The notes: generated by a model from the letters alone, not told the origin. DNA of 40,787 nt from Candidatus Limnocylindrus sp. ZSMar2m-chloro-G89 (GCA_003670475.1 QWRJ01000005.1:5216-46002), one strand, 5' to 3'; positions 17,918 to 27,133 are shown, counted from the stretch's first letter. A program made the numbers and translations.

Positions 17918-18493
17918 ATGAAAGGGCACTATATCTTCTGGCTCAGCATGACCGCAGCGCTTTATACGGTTGCTGTAGCGGTGAGTAATCTCCTCATTCC
18001 GATCTTTATCAACCTTGGGCCACTCGGCATGCTCTCCGCTGGCACGCTCACCTTCGGCCTCACCTTCACGCTGCGCGATATCGCCCATCAGACCAGCGCC
18101 CGGGCTGGGCTTGGCCGCACGCCAATCTTCCTGATGATCGCCGTCGCCGCTGTGGTGAACGTGATCGTGGCGGCGATGATCGGAACGCCGAGCCGCTTCT
18201 TGATCGCCTCGTTCGGTGCCATCCTCCTCTCCGAAGGTGTGGATACGGAGATCTATCACCGACTTCGGCAGCGAACATGGCTGATGCGCGTCTTCTCCAG
18301 CAATGCGGTGAGTGTGCCGCTCGACTCCATCACCTTCACCGTGGTCGCCTTCGCCGGCGAGCCAGGCTACGACGCGGCGCTGATGCTCCAGATCATTGAG
18401 GCGGATCTCCTCTTCAAGTTCGGCATCGGTGCGCTGATCGCGCTCGGGAAGAGTTGGTGGGACCGAACCTTAAAACGAGAGGCGACCGAGTAG
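17918..18493 (+). CDS. VUT family (YhhQ-like) queuosine-precursor transporter
   Basis: SAGTLTF..TF.LRD, IASFGAILLSE..D..IY, RVFSSNAVSVPLDS..F..VAF. Confidence 0.88.
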   Translation: MKGHYIFWLSMTAALYTVAVAVSNLLIPIFINLGPLGMLSAGTLTFGLTFTLRDIAHQTSARAGLGRTPIFLMIAVAAVVNVIVAAMIGTPSRFLIASFGAILLSEGVDTEIYHRLRQRTWLMRVFSSNAVSVPLDSITFTVVAFAGEPGYDAALMLQIIEADLLFKFGIGALIALGKSWWDRTLKREATE

Positions 18494-19708
18494 CGCTCCT
18501 GTCGTTGGGTCCACTGCGCTGAGTCGCGCGGCGGCACCAACCGCAATACGTCCGAGTTCTGGTGTGCGCAGCAGATCTGCTGGCGTCTTCGTCCCCGCGG
18601 TTACAGCGGCCGCCAGCGGGATCCCAGCACCAATCAGATTCGCCACACCAACATCAATGAGTGAGACGGCTCCAGCGAGTGTCCCGTCACGCAGCGTTAC
18701 CTCTGCGCCACGCACACGTGCTGGCATGCTGCCAAGCATGAAGTCGCCGTCGCCCATCCCCGCAGCGGGGCAGGCATCGGAGACAACGATGAGCCGGTTT
18801 CCAAGGATCTCGGCGAAGAGTTTGACAACGCGTAGATTGACGTGCACACCGTCACAGATCATCTCGGCGCGCGCGCTTCGGTGCGCTAACACTGCGCCAA
18901 CGAGGCCAGGCGTTCGGTGATGGAACGGGTCCATCCCGTTACAGAGGTGTGTTGTGCTCGTTGCCCCCGCCGCCCACGCTGCGTCAGCCTGCTCATACGT
19001 TGCACTGCTGTGGCCAACAGATACAACGATCTTTCGCTTGGCAAGGTAGCGAATCAGCTCCTCTGCCCCCTTCAACTCAGGGGCAACGGTGACAAGACGC
19101 AGCGCCGACCAATCCTCTGGGCGATCCTCTAGCGCGCGAAGGAGCTCAACGCCGCTAATAAGCACCGTCCCATCATGCGCCCCTTTGCGCGAATGGTTGA
19201 TCGCTGGACCTTCGGAATTAGCGCCGAGAATGATCGCCTCGTCTCGCGCGCGGCCGCGCTGCAACTCTGCACTCTGCTCATCGCGTGCAACACGTACGGC
19301 GCGCGTCCAAATGCGCAGGCTGTCAACTGGGAGGCTCACCGATGCCGGGAGGATCGCCGCGTAGCCGTGCTTGCCCGCCTCAACGGCGAGTGCACGGAGT
19401 GAGGCGACAATGTCACGCTCCGGATTACGCACGCCACGCGACGACATCAGCAGCTCATGTGCGCCGCCAGGGCCAAGGACATCGTGCCCGCCCGCGCCGT
19501 GGAGGTGAATATCAACGTAGCCTGGGACGATCAGCCCAGTGACACGCCGAGCGCGTGCTGCGAGTGCTGTGCCGTTCCGTGCCCGTGCAACGGAGACAAT
19601 CTTGCCAACACCTGCGGGATCGATGCCGATAATCGCATCGTCAATAATCTTTCCGTTGATCAGCGCCGCGCCGCGAATGCCGCGCGCTGTAACCGAAGCG
19701 CTCGCCAT
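18470..19708 (-). CDS. nagA: N-acetylglucosamine-6-phosphate deacetylase
   Basis: PGYVDIHLHG, EGP...RKGAH, TVAPE, VGHS, THLCNGM, CDGVH, VSDA, LAG. Confidence 0.9.
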   Translation of the reverse strand: MASASVTARGIRGAALINGKIIDDAIIGIDPAGVGKIVSVARARNGTALAARARRVTGLIVPGYVDIHLHGAGGHDVLGPGGAHELLMSSRGVRNPERDIVASLRALAVEAGKHGYAAILPASVSLPVDSLRIWTRAVRVARDEQSAELQRGRARDEAIILGANSEGPAINHSRKGAHDGTVLISGVELLRALEDRPEDWSALRLVTVAPELKGAEELIRYLAKRKIVVSVGHSSATYEQADAAWAAGATSTTHLCNGMDPFHHRTPGLVGAVLAHRSARAEMICDGVHVNLRVVKLFAEILGNRLIVVSDACPAAGMGDGDFMLGSMPARVRGAEVTLRDGTLAGAVSLIDVGVANLIGAGIPLAAAVTAGTKTPADLLRTPELGRIAVGAAARLSAVDPTTGALLGRLSF

Positions 19709-20460
19709 CAGTCCTCTCCTCGTAGTCCAGCGATGCGGTCGGCGTAGCGCGCAAAGTAGCGCGCGTTCCAGTCGTCGCCACCCGGTGCGTTAGACGACTT
19801 CCAGATCGGCGTCTCCACGCCCGCTTCGTCGAGTCGTGCGAGGAGTCGTTCAAGGAAGAGGTACCAAGCGGCGGTGAAGAGCATCGTGCTCGCCGCAAGT
19901 GCGCTGCTCCCATCCGGGCGCGGCAGCAGTGCGTCGCCGCGCGGCACGCCCGTATCAATGACGATGCTCGCAACTTCGGCGAGCGTCTTCCCTGACGGGT
20001 GACGGCTTGTCAGTCCGCTGGAGTGCGGCAGGCTGACAAACGCGCCAACAACGGCGCCCGCCTCTGCGCCAGCAGTTGCCGTCTCCACTGGTGCGCCATT
20101 AATTCCAGACTGGCTCACCACAATGAGGAGTTCGCCTGGCTTGATCCCCGCCTCGTTCACTGCAGCGCGGCCGCGCGCAGGGTCGCGCTCAAGTTGCGTT
20201 GCCTGTGGTGCTCCAGTTGGCGGAAGGGTGGCGGGATCCCAGAGCGGGTTCATGGCGGCGAGTCCGCCAGCACGATGAAACGCCTCAAGCGGAATGATCG
20301 CCGAGTGACCGGTCCCGCCAACGTGAATGATGCCGCCCGAACTAATTGCGTCGCAGCCAGCGGTCGCGAGCGACTCAATCGCCGCCCCCTGGGTTGCCTC
20401 CAACTGATCGAGCAGGGTGCGGACCCCCGCTAGCCAGACGCTCGTGCCAGGTTCACTCAT
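19708..20460 (-). CDS. SIS-domain sugar-phosphate protein (UPF0309/SIS_2 type)
   Basis: GTGHS...RAGGL, SQSGIN, SRHPSGK, DTGVPRGDA, SSNAPGGD; TGATG overlap with nagA. Confidence 0.85.
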   Translation of the reverse strand: MSEPGTSVWLAGVRTLLDQLEATQGAAIESLATAGCDAISSGGIIHVGGTGHSAIIPLEAFHRAGGLAAMNPLWDPATLPPTGAPQATQLERDPARGRAAVNEAGIKPGELLIVVSQSGINGAPVETATAGAEAGAVVGAFVSLPHSSGLTSRHPSGKTLAEVASIVIDTGVPRGDALLPRPDGSSALAASTMLFTAAWYLFLERLLARLDEAGVETPIWKSSNAPGGDDWNARYFARYADRIAGLRGED

Positions 20461-20517
20461 GGGTGCAGCCTAGCGCGCAGGCCCCCCACGTGGCCGTCCT
20501 GTTCGCCTCGCTGGGAT

Positions 20518-23412
20518 TTAGCTCGTTGCGCCGAGGAGCGCCGTCTCGCCAGAAGCCGCCGCGTAGGCATCCACAGGGAGGCAGGCACAAACCACATTGC
20601 GATCGCCATGGACGTTGTCAATGCGGCGCACTGGCGGCCAGTACTTCCGCGCCTTCACCCATGGGAGCGGGAAGGCACCCTGCTCGCGGGAATACGGACG
20701 CGCCCAGTCGCTTCGCAACAGGTCGCTCGCCGTGTGCGGCGCGTTGCGTAACGCGCTCTGCTCTACTGGCGTCTTCCCCGCGGAGATGTCGCGGATCTCA
20801 GCGCGAATCTCACGGAGCGCATCAACATAGCGATCGAGCTCTGCTTTTGATTCTGATTCGGTTGGCTCAAGCATCAGCGTCCCAGGGACCGGCCAACTCA
20901 TGGTTGGCGCGTGGAATCCAAAATCCATCAGTCGCTTCGCAATATCTTCTACCGTGACGCCGCTCTCTTCAGTGATCCCGCGCACATCCAAGATGCACTC
21001 GTGCGCCACCGTTCCGGTGCGACCGGTGTAGAGAATTGGGAAGTCGCTGCGAAGTCTTGCCGCCATATAGTTCGCATTGAGGATGGCGATCTCCGTCGCC
21101 GAACGAATCCCCTCTGCGCCGAGTGCCGCAATGTACGCCCAGCTGATCGGCAGGATGCTCGCGCTTCCGTATGGTGCCGACGAGACGCGTCCCTCTTCGC
21201 CAAGTGCGAGACCTGGAAGGAACGGCGCGAGGTGCTGCACCACGCCGATTGGCCCCATCCCTGGTCCGCCACCACCATGGGGAATTGCGAACGTCTTGTG
21301 CAAATTGAGATGACAGACATCGGCGCCGAATGCGCCTGGCTGCGAGAGGCCGACCTGCGCATTCATGTTTGCGCCGTCCATATAGACCTGTCCGCCGGCC
21401 GCGTGCACCGCGTCGCAGATCTCGCGAATCGACTCTTCAAAGACGCCGTGCGTGCTCGGGTAGGTCACCATCAGCGCGCCGAGTGATGCGGCGTGTTCCG
21501 CAATCTTCGCCTTGAGGTCGCTCATGTCCACGTTGCCGTGATCGTCGCAACCAACAACCACCACGCGGAAGCCCGCCATTACGGCGCTCGCCGGATTCGT
21601 CCCGTGCGCGCTGCTCGGAATCAGGCAGACGGTTCGCTGTGTCTCGCCGCGCGAGCGGTGCCAGCGACGGATCGCGAGGAGTCCCGCGTACTCACCCTGC
21701 GATCCCGCGTTCGGCTGCAAGCTGACCGCCGCAAAGCCGGTGATCTCCGCAAGCCACGTCTCAAGATCGCGTGTGAGCTGCGCGTAGCCAGCGAGCCGCG
21801 CTGGATCGGAGAACGGATGCACGTTGACAAAGCCTCGATGACCGATCGCCTCCATCTCTGTGGTGGCGTTCAGCTTCATCGTGCAACTGCCGAGCGGGAT
21901 CATGGAGCGCGTCAGGCTCACATCCTTCTCCGCGAGTCGAAAGATGTAGCGAAGCATCTCACTCTCAGAGCGGTGTAGCGTGAAGACCGGGTGCGTCAGG
22001 ATCTCGTCGCTGCGTCGCAACGTAGCAGGGAGTGAATCGACCGCAGCGCCAGTCGACGACCCTGACGCGCCGAGCGCCTTCAGGAGCGCCGCAACATCCG
22101 CGTCCGAAGTCAACTCATCGCACGCAACGCCAACTCCCGTGCCGTCAATCCTGCGCAGCTCGTAGCCGGCGCTCGCAGCAGCAGCCAGGATCTGATCGGT
22201 GCGCGCGGCGCTGCCCGTCTCAACTGCGATCGCATCAAAGAAATGCTCGTGTCGCAGTGTCAGTCCAGACACGCTCCGCACACCCGTGGCGAGCGTTGCG
22301 GCGTGCGCGTGCACGCGTTCGGCGATTGCACGCAGCCCGTCTGGTCCGTGCCAGGCGGCGTACATGCTGGCGATCACGGCGAGGAGCACCTGCGCGGTGC
22401 AGATGTTTGAGGTCGCCTTCTCGCGACGAATGTGCTGTTCGCGCGTTTGCAGTGTGAGCCGATAGGCAGGGCTACCGTCTGCATCCACAGAGACGCCAAC
22501 AAGTCGACCGGGAAGGGAGCGCTTGAAGGCGTGACGTGTGGCCATGAAGGCGGCGTGCGGGCCGCCGTTCCCCATCGGCACGCCGAATCGCTGACTGCTC
22601 CCGATCACCACATCGGCACCTTGTGCGCCTGCGCTCTCCATGAGCACGGCGGCGAGAGGATCAGTGGCAACGATCACGAGCAGCTTCAAGGCATGCGCCG
22701 CCTCAACATCTGCGCGGATCGAACGCGCTGCACCGCTACTCCCTGGGTTTGAGATGAGCAGCACAAACGGTCGCTCGCCATCGCGCGGCGATGCGGCGCG
22801 CTGCAGCAACTCGGCAACCGGCGCAATCACGAGGATGATGTCAAGCGGCTCAGCGCGCGTCCTTAGCACGTCAATTGTTTGCGGGTGCGTATCTGCATCA
22901 ATGAGCACCAGGTTGCCGTCAGCAACGCTACTCACCGCATGCGCGAGCGTCACCGCCTCCGCGGCCGCAGTTCCTTCATCGAGTAGTGATGCATTCGCGA
23001 TCTCCATCCCAGTGAGGTCACAGATGGCGGTCTGGAAGTTGATCAGCGCCTCAAGTCGGCCCTGCGCAATCTCTGGTTGGTACGGCGTGTAGGCGGTGTA
23101 CCAGGCGGGATTCTCCAAGATGTTGCGCTTAATGACTGGTGGCGTAATCGTGTTGTGATAGCCCGCGCCGATGAAGCTCTTCAGTGGCGTGTTGCGCTGC
23201 GCCATCTCGCGCAGTGCGGTGGCAACCTCCGCCTCGGTTCGCGCGGCGGGAACGTTGAGTGGTGCGGCACGAAGGATGCTCTCCGGCACGGTGTCGTGGA
23301 TCAGCGCGCTGAGTGAGTCGCGTCCAATGACGCGCAGCATCTCGGCAGCCTCAGACGCGTCGGGGCCAATGTGGCGATCAGCAAAGTTGTGTGTTCGCTG
23401 TGATCCGGACAT
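20518..23412 (-). CDS. gcvP: Glycine dehydrogenase (decarboxylating), single-chain P protein
   Basis: FADRHIGP, YTAYTPYQPEIAQGRLE, TREQHIRREKATSNICTAQ, LGSCTMKLN, HLNLHKTF. The true start is ATG 23412; the track's extension runs through the riboswitch. Confidence 0.97.
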   Translation of the reverse strand: MSGSQRTHNFADRHIGPDASEAAEMLRVIGRDSLSALIHDTVPESILRAAPLNVPAARTEAEVATALREMAQRNTPLKSFIGAGYHNTITPPVIKRNILENPAWYTAYTPYQPEIAQGRLEALINFQTAICDLTGMEIANASLLDEGTAAAEAVTLAHAVSSVADGNLVLIDADTHPQTIDVLRTRAEPLDIILVIAPVAELLQRAASPRDGERPFVLLISNPGSSGAARSIRADVEAAHALKLLVIVATDPLAAVLMESAGAQGADVVIGSSQRFGVPMGNGGPHAAFMATRHAFKRSLPGRLVGVSVDADGSPAYRLTLQTREQHIRREKATSNICTAQVLLAVIASMYAAWHGPDGLRAIAERVHAHAATLATGVRSVSGLTLRHEHFFDAIAVETGSAARTDQILAAAASAGYELRRIDGTGVGVACDELTSDADVAALLKALGASGSSTGAAVDSLPATLRRSDEILTHPVFTLHRSESEMLRYIFRLAEKDVSLTRSMIPLGSCTMKLNATTEMEAIGHRGFVNVHPFSDPARLAGYAQLTRDLETWLAEITGFAAVSLQPNAGSQGEYAGLLAIRRWHRSRGETQRTVCLIPSSAHGTNPASAVMAGFRVVVVGCDDHGNVDMSDLKAKIAEHAASLGALMVTYPSTHGVFEESIREICDAVHAAGGQVYMDGANMNAQVGLSQPGAFGADVCHLNLHKTFAIPHGGGGPGMGPIGVVQHLAPFLPGLALGEEGRVSSAPYGSASILPISWAYIAALGAEGIRSATEIAILNANYMAARLRSDFPILYTGRTGTVAHECILDVRGITEESGVTVEDIAKRLMDFGFHAPTMSWPVPGTLMLEPTESESKAELDRYVDALREIRAEIRDISAGKTPVEQSALRNAPHTASDLLRSDWARPYSREQGAFPLPWVKARKYWPPVRRIDNVHGDRNVVCACLPVDAYAAASGETALLGATS

Positions 23413-23433
23413 GGCGGCACCCCCTCGGTGCCC

Positions 23434-23642
23434 CGCTGTCCTTCTGCCTGAGAGCATCCCTGCGACGCAACAAGCGTTCGCAAGTTCCTCCGTCGGCGCG
23501 CTGCGCGGATCACTCCACTCAACGCTCTCCAGCGTCCCCATCCCCGCGCGGTCCATCTGCCTGAGAGGTTCCGGACCGTTGCTCCGTCGGCGCCGCAGCT
23601 GCGATCAGTGTGACCCGATCACCCCACGAACTCTTCCGCGCG
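23434..23642 (-). ncRNA. Tandem glycine riboswitch (aptamer 1 about 23546-23642, aptamer 2 about 23434-23534)
   Basis: Two copies of the pattern GG(A)AGAG...CGCCGACGGAG.AA...CUCUCAGG.AGA.GGAC, each with a P1 stem, directly upstream of gcvP. Confidence 0.93.
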
Positions 23643-23683
23643 ATTCACTTGAGGGTTCTACGTGCATCTTACTACTGAACGGC

Positions 23684-24139
23684 TCACCCCTGGATGCGAA
23701 GTTCCACCTCGGTTGCCTCGCGGTTCACGATCCACCAGGCGCGAATCCCTGGCTCACCGTCTGGAGCCGACTGGCTCTGCGCGAGGGAGACGATCAGGTA
23801 GAGCGCGTCGGGGTAGCCGGCCACGCCAGTGTCCGTGACCGACGGCTTCGCCGGTGATGCAACGTGGGAGTGGACGATCCCCCAGATCACCTCGTCCGCG
23901 TCATCCGCGGCGATGCTGATGCGCAAGAGCTGTGCCGGATCAATCTCATAGAGCGTTGAGGAGGCGAGCACGTTCATGGTTGGCTCCCATCGCAACGGCG
24001 CGCCGCTTGATGCAGCCGACGCACCCCCAATGATGATTCCGCACGCTTCGCGCGGCGACTCGGCTCGCGCATGTGCGCGGATCGCATCAGCGATCTTTCG
24101 TGGCAGCGAGATCTGTGTTGGACGTTCAGCGAGGCTCAC
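23684..24139 (-). CDS. mec: JAB/MPN/Mov34 (M67) metallopeptidase, Mec-like sulfur-carrier peptidase
   Basis: PREACG and HSHVASPAKPSVTD (HxH-x7-S-x2-D); last gene of the cysO/cysM operon. Confidence 0.88.
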   Translation of the reverse strand: MSLAERPTQISLPRKIADAIRAHARAESPREACGIIIGGASAASSGAPLRWEPTMNVLASSTLYEIDPAQLLRISIAADDADEVIWGIVHSHVASPAKPSVTDTGVAGYPDALYLIVSLAQSQSAPDGEPGIRAWWIVNREATEVELRIQG

Positions 24140-24163
24140 TTCGCAGCGCTCATGAATTTTGCG

Positions 24164-25117
24164 CTACCACCAGAAGACATCGCCCTCGAGCGCGTCCTCC
24201 ATCTCGTCAAGGTTTCCATCACCGAGTCCAGCAGAGAAATACTTCCAGCCAGCATCACAGGCGATAAAGACGATGTTGCTGTTTGGTGCTGCGTCGCGCG
24301 CAACACGCAGCGCAACGGCGAGCGTTGCGCCAGTTGATGGTCCAGCAAGGATGCCGCTACTGCGCGCAAGTGCGCGCGCCGCCATAATGGAGTCACGGCT
24401 GTTCACCAGCACGCGTCCGGCGAGCAGCTCGGTCTCCATCACCTCGGGCGTGAAGCCGTCTTCAAGCGATCGGAGTCCGGTGACCTTCTCGCCCGGCATC
24501 GGCTCAGCGGCCCAAATCTTGACGCTCGGCTTCTCGCGCACGAAGTAGCGCGCAAGGCCCGTGGCGGTGCCGCCAGTGCCGAGACCGGCAACAACAACAT
24601 CCACCTCGGGGAGATCGGTGAGGATCTCTGGCGCGGTGGTCACCTCGTGCACCTTCGGGTTCGCCTGGTTGCTGTACTGATCTGGCATGACGTACTTGGT
24701 GTCTCCCTTTGCCATGGCGCGTGCGAGCAGAACGGCGCCGTTTGACCCTTGATCGGCTGGGGAGTCAATGATCGTGGCGCCGAGCGCGCGCACGAAGGCG
24801 CGGCGCTCTTCGGTCACGTTTGCTGGCATCACCAGCGTGAGCGGGATGCTGCGTGCCGCGGCGTGCACGGCAAGCGCGGCACCAGTGTTCCCACTCGTTG
24901 GCTCAAGGAGCTCCTTCCCAGGTGTGAGCAGCCCCTTGAAGAGGAGGTCGTCAATCAGCGCCTTGGCGGTGCGGTCCTTAATGGAGCCGGTTGGCCCAAG
25001 GAGTTCCACTTTGGCGAAGAGGTGGATCCCCTTCGCGCGCGCCGCTTCAGGGAGAAGCGCGTCAACGCGAATGAGCGGCGTGCCGCCGATCACCTCCCCG
25101 ATCTGTTCGTAGCGCAC
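24164..25117 (-). CDS. cysM: PLP-dependent cysteine synthase, sulfur-carrier-dependent CysM type
   Basis: PTGSIKDR, EPTSGNTG, DQYSN.AN, GLGTGGT, DAGWKY; adjacent to cysO and mec. Confidence 0.88.
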   Translation of the reverse strand: MRYEQIGEVIGGTPLIRVDALLPEAARAKGIHLFAKVELLGPTGSIKDRTAKALIDDLLFKGLLTPGKELLEPTSGNTGAALAVHAAARSIPLTLVMPANVTEERRAFVRALGATIIDSPADQGSNGAVLLARAMAKGDTKYVMPDQYSNQANPKVHEVTTAPEILTDLPEVDVVVAGLGTGGTATGLARYFVREKPSVKIWAAEPMPGEKVTGLRSLEDGFTPEVMETELLAGRVLVNSRDSIMAARALARSSGILAGPSTGATLAVALRVARDAAPNSNIVFIACDAGWKYFSAGLGDGNLDEMEDALEGDVFWW

Positions 25118-25410
25118 TAGCGCGCGCTACCGAGTGCGCCGCCCGCCATCGCTGGAAGGATCACCACTTCAATCCCGTCCTGAGTTGGCGTTTCAAGTCC
25201 TGCAAGATGGCGCACATCGGCGCCATCAACGTAGACGTTCACCCAGCGGCGCAGCGTGCCGTCCGCTTCGAAGATTTGCTCGCGCAGATCTGGGTGCGCC
25301 GCAGTCAGAGCGGTGAGCACCGCACTAAGCGACGCGCCATCAACGCTAACGAGCTTTGCGCCGCCGGTCTGAGTCCTGAGTACTGGTGGAATCCTGACGC
25401 TGATGCTCAT
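25117..25410 (-). CDS. cysO: MoaD/ThiS-family ubiquitin-like sulfur carrier (CysO-like) with a C-terminal extension after GG
   Basis: VRIPPVLR..TGG, LRRWVNVYV, ILPAMAGG followed by ALGSAR; ATGA overlap with moeZ. Confidence 0.88.
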   Translation of the reverse strand: MSISVRIPPVLRTQTGGAKLVSVDGASLSAVLTALTAAHPDLREQIFEADGTLRRWVNVYVDGADVRHLAGLETPTQDGIEVVILPAMAGGALGSAR

Positions 25411-26513
25411 GCTGCTCCCCCTTTCGCTGTGCCGTCGCCGCACGCAACGCAGTGCGGATCTCGTTTCACTGTGAGCTCCGTAAAGGTCCCCTCAAGTGCA
25501 TCCCAAAGAAGGAGGCGGCCGATCAGCGGCTCGCCAATCCTGAGCAGCATCTTGAGCGCCTCAGTTGCCTGCAGCACGCCGATCACGCCCGGAAGGACGC
25601 CAAGCACGCCAGCAACGCCACAGCTCGGCGCCATCTCCGCCGGCGGCGGTGTTGGATGAAGGCAGCGGTAGCAGGGGCCACGCCCTGGCGCGAGAACGGT
25701 GAGCTGCCCCTCAAAGCGGAAGACGCCTGCATGCACCACAGGGATGCCGAGCTTCACCGCCGCATCATTCAGCGCGTAGCGTGCCTCAAAGGTGTCGGTG
25801 CCGTCAATGACGAGATCCACGCCATTCAACAGAGATGCAACGTTCTCGGTGGTGAGCATGTCGTTGATCGGCTCAACCTCAACGTCTGGATTGAGTGCGC
25901 GAATCTGCACTGCAGCGGACTCCACCTTCAACATCCCAACGCGATCAGTGGTGTGGATCACCTGACGCTGCAGGTTAGATGCCTCTACAGAATCGAAGTC
26001 GATGATGCGCAACTTGCCAACGCCAGCCGCCGCAAGATAGAGCGCCGCCGGTGCGCCGAGTCCTCCTGCGCCAACCATCAGCACGCGTGAGTTCAGCAAC
26101 TTTGTCTGACCGTCAGCACCAACGCCAGGGAGAAGGAGGTGACGCGAGTAGCGTGACTTCTGCTCTGGCGTCAGCGTGGTCGTCTCAACAACAGGGAGGC
26201 CAGCGGCGCTCCAACCGTTGATGCCACCAGCCATTGACGTGAGATTGGTGTAACCGAGTCCAGCAAGCGTCTCTGCCGCTGCGGCAGAGCGCACACCACC
26301 CGCGCAGTAGAGCAAGATCGGCGCAGACTTCTCTGGTGCAATGTTTGGGATGGTGAAGCTGATCATCCCCTTCGGCGCGTGTGTTGCGCCGTGCAAGTAG
26401 CCCGCGTCCCACTCGTTCTGCTCACGGACATCAATCAGCAGTGGCGGCGTTGGTGATTCGAGCAGCTGCTGCGCCGCCTTCGCATCCACTTCGGTGAAAA
26501 GCTTCGTTGTCAT
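25407..26513 (-). CDS. moeB: Rhodanese-ThiF/MoeB fusion (MoeZ-like adenylyltransferase/sulfurtransferase, rhodanese N-terminal)
   Basis: DVRE...YCAGGVRS rhodanese; RYSRH, GAGGLG, SNLQRQ, CYRC, SCGVAGVLG, CVAC. Start ATG 26513 is coupled to the upstream stop (TGATG). Confidence 0.9.
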   Translation of the reverse strand: MTTKLFTEVDAKAAQQLLESPTPPLLIDVREQNEWDAGYLHGATHAPKGMISFTIPNIAPEKSAPILLYCAGGVRSAAAAETLAGLGYTNLTSMAGGINGWSAAGLPVVETTTLTPEQKSRYSRHLLLPGVGADGQTKLLNSRVLMVGAGGLGAPAALYLAAAGVGKLRIIDFDSVEASNLQRQVIHTTDRVGMLKVESAAVQIRALNPDVEVEPINDMLTTENVASLLNGVDLVIDGTDTFEARYALNDAAVKLGIPVVHAGVFRFEGQLTVLAPGRGPCYRCLHPTPPPAEMAPSCGVAGVLGVLPGVIGVLQATEALKMLLRIGEPLIGRLLLWDALEGTFTELTVKRDPHCVACGDGTAKGGAA

Positions 26514-27031
26514 CAGCGCCCACTCCCCTTTGTCATGCGAATCTTCTGCGGTGCAATCTTTGTTGCACCCTGCGGAAGACTGCGGTTCTGGAACCAAACC
26601 ACTACTCCGTAGAGCTTGCAAGCGACACAGATTCCCGTGATCGCCAGGAACGACTGCAGCGTAGCAACAGTCACCACGAGTGCAAGCGCAACGAGATCCG
26701 CTGCGAACGCAGTATCGGCAAGTACGCCGAGGAGAAGCATCGTGCCCCCCATCACCTGCGCGAGGCGAAGTCCTGGTACCGGCTGAAGGTCTTTCGGTGC
26801 AGGTGCGCCAATCACGCCGCGTTCGCGAAGGATGCGGAACGGTAGGCCGAGAAGGCTGACGCGCAGCCCGGTGGCCGCGCTAAGGAGCATTGCGGCGGCG
26901 ATCGCTGCGACAAGGAGCGCCGATGCGCTTCCTGTTGGCTGGTTGACGTGGAGCAGTGCCGCAACGCCAAGGAGCAGCACGCTGATCGCGGCGCCGGTGC
27001 GGAATCCTCGTGAGTCAGTCATCTGAGACAT
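26513..27031 (-). CDS. DUF4395-family membrane protein
   Basis: Four TM segments, RLAQVMG, GICVACKLY CxxC motif; GAGG SD before ATG 27031 (in-frame GTG at 27040 is an alternative). Confidence 0.75.
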   Translation of the reverse strand: MSQMTDSRGFRTGAAISVLLLGVAALLHVNQPTGSASALLVAAIAAAMLLSAATGLRVSLLGLPFRILRERGVIGAPAPKDLQPVPGLRLAQVMGGTMLLLGVLADTAFAADLVALALVVTVATLQSFLAITGICVACKLYGVVVWFQNRSLPQGATKIAPQKIRMTKGSGR

Positions 27032-27133
27032 CTGGTTCACCTCATCAGTTGAAGTTCGGGGTGGATGGCCGTAGGGGCCATGTGTTGGGACGCAGCCGGC
27101 GTCCCTTCCACCCGGGAGACTTCTGCGAGGTGC

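Noticed and set aside
23413-23556. 48-aa N-terminal extension of GcvP in the ORF track, containing CC
   Set aside because: It runs through riboswitch aptamer 2. GcvP similarity starts at Met 23412, which has its own SD.
18470-23642. SIS-nagA co-regulated by the glycine riboswitch
   Set aside because: The SIS gene has its own leaderless -10 (TAGGCT, 20467-20472), so read-through from gcvP is not needed.
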